Shown here in pieces: positions 61,735-64,000 of a DNA stretch of 64,000 nt. The stretch spans positions 1,053,723-1,117,722 of the forward strand of contig NW_004797357.1 of the NCBI RefSeq assembly GCF_000002075.1, written 5' to 3'. The notes beneath the pieces were generated by a model that worked only from the letters and a program-made list of their open reading frames with translations, searched no databases and was not told the DNA's origin. Made by a program: the position numbers and the translations under genes. How positions within the stretch are numbered: position 1 is the stretch's first letter; every line of letters begins with the position of its first letter. The stretch comes from Aplysia californica. Lineage: Eukaryota.

Positions 61735-62245
61735 CTGGTGATTGGAAATTTCAAACACATATGAAGTAAAAATTACCACCAAAAAAAAAAAGTTGAAAAG
61801 AGATAACATACGTGTACACATGTTCATATTACTCAAAACTACTACCTATACAACAGTGGTGTGTTAAAAGCCTCAAAAGACAATAATGGAAACTTGCACT
61901 GACAGGTTCTTTAAAACATTTCACTTAAACAGCTATAAAAAGTAATTATGGTATTCATGTTATATAATATAAAGTAAGATGAAAGCACTAACAACCACAT
62001 TTCATCATCCATCCAGCTAACGAATTTTAGAGGTTGAGCATGCTCAGTCCCTCTGTTATTGTTAATTGTTAATGCACTGACCTGAACATTACTCTTACCG
62101 TTTCATGAATTTCATGCTCAGACTGAAAACCACAAGCACCCTGCAGCTAAATTTATCATGATCATAAGCAAAAGTGTCACAGAAATCAGTTGACAGCGCA
62201 GACAGCGAAAGTATTACCTGATAGCACAAGATAATGGGTGCTTAC

Positions 62246-62360
62246 CTGCCAGTTGAACACCTCTCTGGAAGCAGTCATGGACAGTATTAACGCCCTCAAA
62301 GTAGTGTGTGAGCAGTTTGTTGTCCTCACACAATCTGGAAATACGTGCTCCATCTATGGA
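62246..62360 (-). CDS. ACSL1: ACSL, most 5' coding exon identified (start/TM-anchor exon not found in the window)
   Basis: SIDGARISRLCEDNKLLTHYFEGVNTVHDCFQRGVQLA(G); 115 nt. The 19 exons join to 1923 nt in one frame. The symbol denotes the ACSL1/5/6 co-orthologue. Confidence 0.9.
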
Positions 62361-63769
62361 CTGAAAAAGCAAACGCAAATATATCAATATTTCATAAAAA
62401 CGTAAGCCACATAATCCATTCAGTTTACAAACACACTACCAAAAGACACAAAGTCCAAACCAAAACCAGGTGAACAGATGTTCATAAAAGGATAAAAAGA
62501 GCATTGAAAATCAGGGAGAATTAAGTTTAGGAACACAGAGAAAAAGATATATTATAGAGATTCGAGAAATATAGAGAGTCTTAATCAGATCTAGATCTAC
62601 TATAGAACCTAGATCTAGTCTAGTAAAAAAAAAAGAAAAAAGCATTGGAACTGGAAACCTCATCAAGAAGGCAAAAAAGAAATCGGGACATGTAAAATGT
62701 GAAAACTTCGGCAAACCCCTTGCCTTCACGTGAACATAGAGAACAGAACAATTCAACGAATTGTAAAGGTCAAAAGATTTCTAGAATCTTACATTTTTAC
62801 TTTATCCGTCGTCTTGTACCTCATCTAGGGCGTCGGTATGGGATTCCAAATTATTAATATTAGGCCTATTTAAATAGATTTTTCTAAGGTACGACGCACA
62901 ACTTCCTTTTGGCAAAATAAGCAGAAAACTTCGTTTGCAAGAATAGACATCTAATATCATGATTGGCCGCGAGTCATAGCAAAAGGATGATTTGCANNNN
63001 NNNNNNNNNNNNNNNNNNNNNNNNNNNNNNNNNNNNNNNNNNNNNNNNNNNNNNNNNNNNNNNNNNNNNNNNNNNNNNNNNNNNNNNNNNNNNNNNNNNN
63101 NNNNNNNNNNNNNNNNNNNNNNNNNNNNNNNNNNNNNNNNNNNNNNNNNNNNNNNNNNNNNNNNCATTTTCTAGCAAACCCCATGGCAGAAAACAAACAA
63201 ACAAAAACTGATGACCTCACAAAAACATCCAAGAGTCGTGTGAAAAACGGGGCGGTGCTTTTGCATGACGCAAATATCTTTTCAAAGACCTAATTTAATC
63301 ACCATCCCTGATTATTTGTTACACATAGTCTGAACACCCTTTGTTACATTTTTATGTCTTTGGCTAGGTTTCCTCTTTAATAGCTTTATTTGTCTGTAGA
63401 AACTTCATTCACACGACAGAGAAGGTGTTACGCGACAACGTCATTCCCATTAGTATGCTGGCGTAGTTCACTGGGTTAAAAAAAACACGGAAATAGATGT
63501 ATACAGCAAAGTATAGCACTCACACAGGGAGTTGCCATACGCGTTCGCAGGTTGCTAAGGTGCCAGATGGCCTAATTACAGAGCATTATGTTCTCTACAA
63601 AGCACTTGGGACGACATCATCATTGACCGAGCAAGAGCGAGCGGAGACGTAAGGAAAAGACAGCCTGCTTCTATTAGAAGGGAAAACAACAAAAAGTAGA
63701 TTGCCCGTGATCGGCAGCTCCGTTGACGTTCTGCTTGGTAGGCAACTGGAAATCAATACTGGTTACGAG

Positions 63770-63936
63770 CCCATTTCATCCCAAGATGGAATCCACAAAA
63801 ACAGAAGGACTTACTAAAAGTACTAATTGGAGGTGGGATTTGTATACGGACCTAAAACAGATGCGATACACCTGAGCAGAGGTGGAGACTTTAGCCCAGG
63901 ACATAAGCAGATGGAGAGCCCTTGGTCGCGGCCTAT
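63770..63936 (+). mobile_element. 3' end of an RTE-clade LINE
   Basis: RWNPQ... / WRWDLYTDLKQMRYT*AEVETLAQDISRWRALGRGLY resembles the RTE ORF C-terminus (AQDR..WR.LV..L). It is followed directly by a trinucleotide tail. Confidence 0.7.
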
Positions 63937-63939
63937 ACT

Positions 63940-63982
<43 letters not shown>

Positions 63983-63999
63983 CTACTACTACTACTACT
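63937..63999. repeat. (AAC)n-(TAC)n microsatellite (probable LINE tail)
   Basis: Direct reading. Confidence 0.95.
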
Positions 64000-64000
64000 T

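Noticed and set aside
1-64000. CRISPR array, operon or prokaryotic defence system
   Set aside because: The sequence is spliceosomal-intron eukaryotic DNA, and no repeat shows a constant-repeat/unique-spacer structure.

Overview
This is eukaryotic, intron-rich, AT-rich genomic DNA with nine N-gaps, most likely from a lophotrochozoan invertebrate (mollusc-like, inferred from the SINE/MITE repertoire). Three spliced protein-coding genes can be rebuilt by hand with consistent splice phases. (1) A + strand claudin/PMP22/EMP-superfamily tetraspan protein (3 coding exons, 1109-6319, 411 aa) with a long acidic tail carrying PPxY motifs. (2) A complete - strand SLC25A16 (Graves disease carrier, mitochondrial CoA carrier family; 8 coding exons, 31950-20617, 327 aa) with one GC-AG intron and a candidate 30-aa uORF. 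(3) A - strand ACSL1/5/6-type long-chain acyl-CoA synthetase (19 coding exons visible, 62360-46444, 640 aa; the N-terminal exon was not found in the window). The rest is introns, UTR and intergenic DNA containing decayed RTE LINEs, Tc1 and Sola transposase relics, MITEs, tRNA-derived and Nin-type SINEs, microsatellites and (AGATCT)n arrays. I found no prokaryotic-type system, CRISPR array, rRNA or true tRNA gene, and no clearly novel multi-gene system. The best leads are the fossil coding extension behind the claudin-like stop codon, the SLC25A16 uORF, and some unusual transposon anatomies.
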